The notes beneath the pieces were generated by a model. That model was not told the origin of the DNA. It saw only the letters and a program-made list of their open reading frames with translations, and did not search any database. From NCBI RefSeq assembly GCF_902713615.1, contig NC_052174.1:6154182-6218181 (forward strand): a stretch of 64,000 bases of DNA, written 5' to 3'. This DNA comes from Scyliorhinus canicula (taxonomy: Eukaryota). Below, one piece after another: positions 63,141 to 64,000 of the stretch. Numbering within the stretch: position 1 is the stretch's first letter; each line of letters starts with the position of its first letter. Position numbers and translations under genes: made by a program.

Positions 63141-64000
63141 CCCACGGTCGTCTATTGCAGAAAATACGGAGGCTGGGGATTGAGGGTGATTTAGAGATGT
63201 GGATCAGAAATTGGCTAGTTGAAAGAAGACAGAGAGTGGTAGTTGATGGGAAATGTTCAGAATGGAGTTCAGTTACGAGTGGCATACCACAAGGATCTGT
63301 TCTGGGGCCGTTGCTGTTTGTCATTTTTATAAATGACCTAGAGGAGGGCGCAGAAGGATGGGTGAGTAAATTTGCAGACGACACTAAAGTCGGTGGAGTT
63401 GTATACAGTGCGGAAGGATGTTGCAGGTTACAGAGGGACATAGATAAGCTGCAGAGCTGGGCTGAGTGGTGGAAAATGGAGTTTAATGTGGAGAAGTGTG
63501 AGGTGATTCACTTTGGAAAGAATAACAGAAATGCGGAATATTTGGCTAATGGTAAAATTCTTGGTAGTGTGGATGAGCAGAGGGATCTCGGTGTCCATGT
63601 ACATAGATCCCTGAAAGTTGCCACCCAGGTTGATAGGGTTGTGAAGAAGGCCTATGGTGTGTTGGACTTTATTGGTAGAGGGATTGAGTTCCGGAGCCAT
63701 GAGGTCATGTTGCAGTTGTACAAAACTCTAGTACGGCCGCATTTGGAGTATTGCGTACAGTTCTGGTCGCCTCATTATAGGAAGGACGTGGAAGCTTTGG
63801 AACGGGTGCAGAGGAGATTTACCAGGATGTTGCCTGGTATGGACGGAAAATCTTATGAGGAAAGGCTGATGGACTTGAGGTTGTTTTCGTTAGAGAGAAG
63901 AAGGTTAAGAGGTGACTTAATAGAGGCATACAAAATGATCAGAGGGTTAGATAGGGTGGACAGCGAGAGCCTTCTCCCGCGGATGGAGGTGGCTAGCACG
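63141..64000 (+). mobile_element. Young 5'-truncated CR1 LINE, runs off the window
   Basis: RT motifs; inserted into the older minus-strand CR1 of the third duplication unit. Confidence 0.9.

Overview
Repeat-dense vertebrate DNA, most likely from a cartilaginous fish (inferred from HE1-type SINEs, CR1/HER1 LINEs and Penelope-type hairpins; probably a catshark). The only host genes are three intact, two-exon, 330-aa class A GPCRs of the GPR139/GPR142-like family. Gene A is on the minus strand (exons 9502-9406 and 6527-5632). Genes B (24955-25051, 28143-29038) and C (49895-49991, 53098-53993) are on the plus strand. The ORF track misses their 97-nt first exons. B and C lie in successive units of a ~24-26.5 kb tandem segmental duplication (homologous anchors at ~11690, ~35980, ~62510). 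The paralogues differ mainly at extracellular loops and predicted ligand-pocket positions, and all three share a core-promoter block, which suggests a diversifying, possibly chemosensory, receptor array. Other items: an intronic Penelope-type hairpin with a minimal hammerhead ribozyme, an ETS/STAT-motif 24/48-bp minisatellite downstream of B and C, length-matched N tracts next to both duplicated promoters, and many unit-specific TE insertions (hAT-Charlie, Harbinger-type MITE, CR1, SINEs). Counts and alignments were done by eye.
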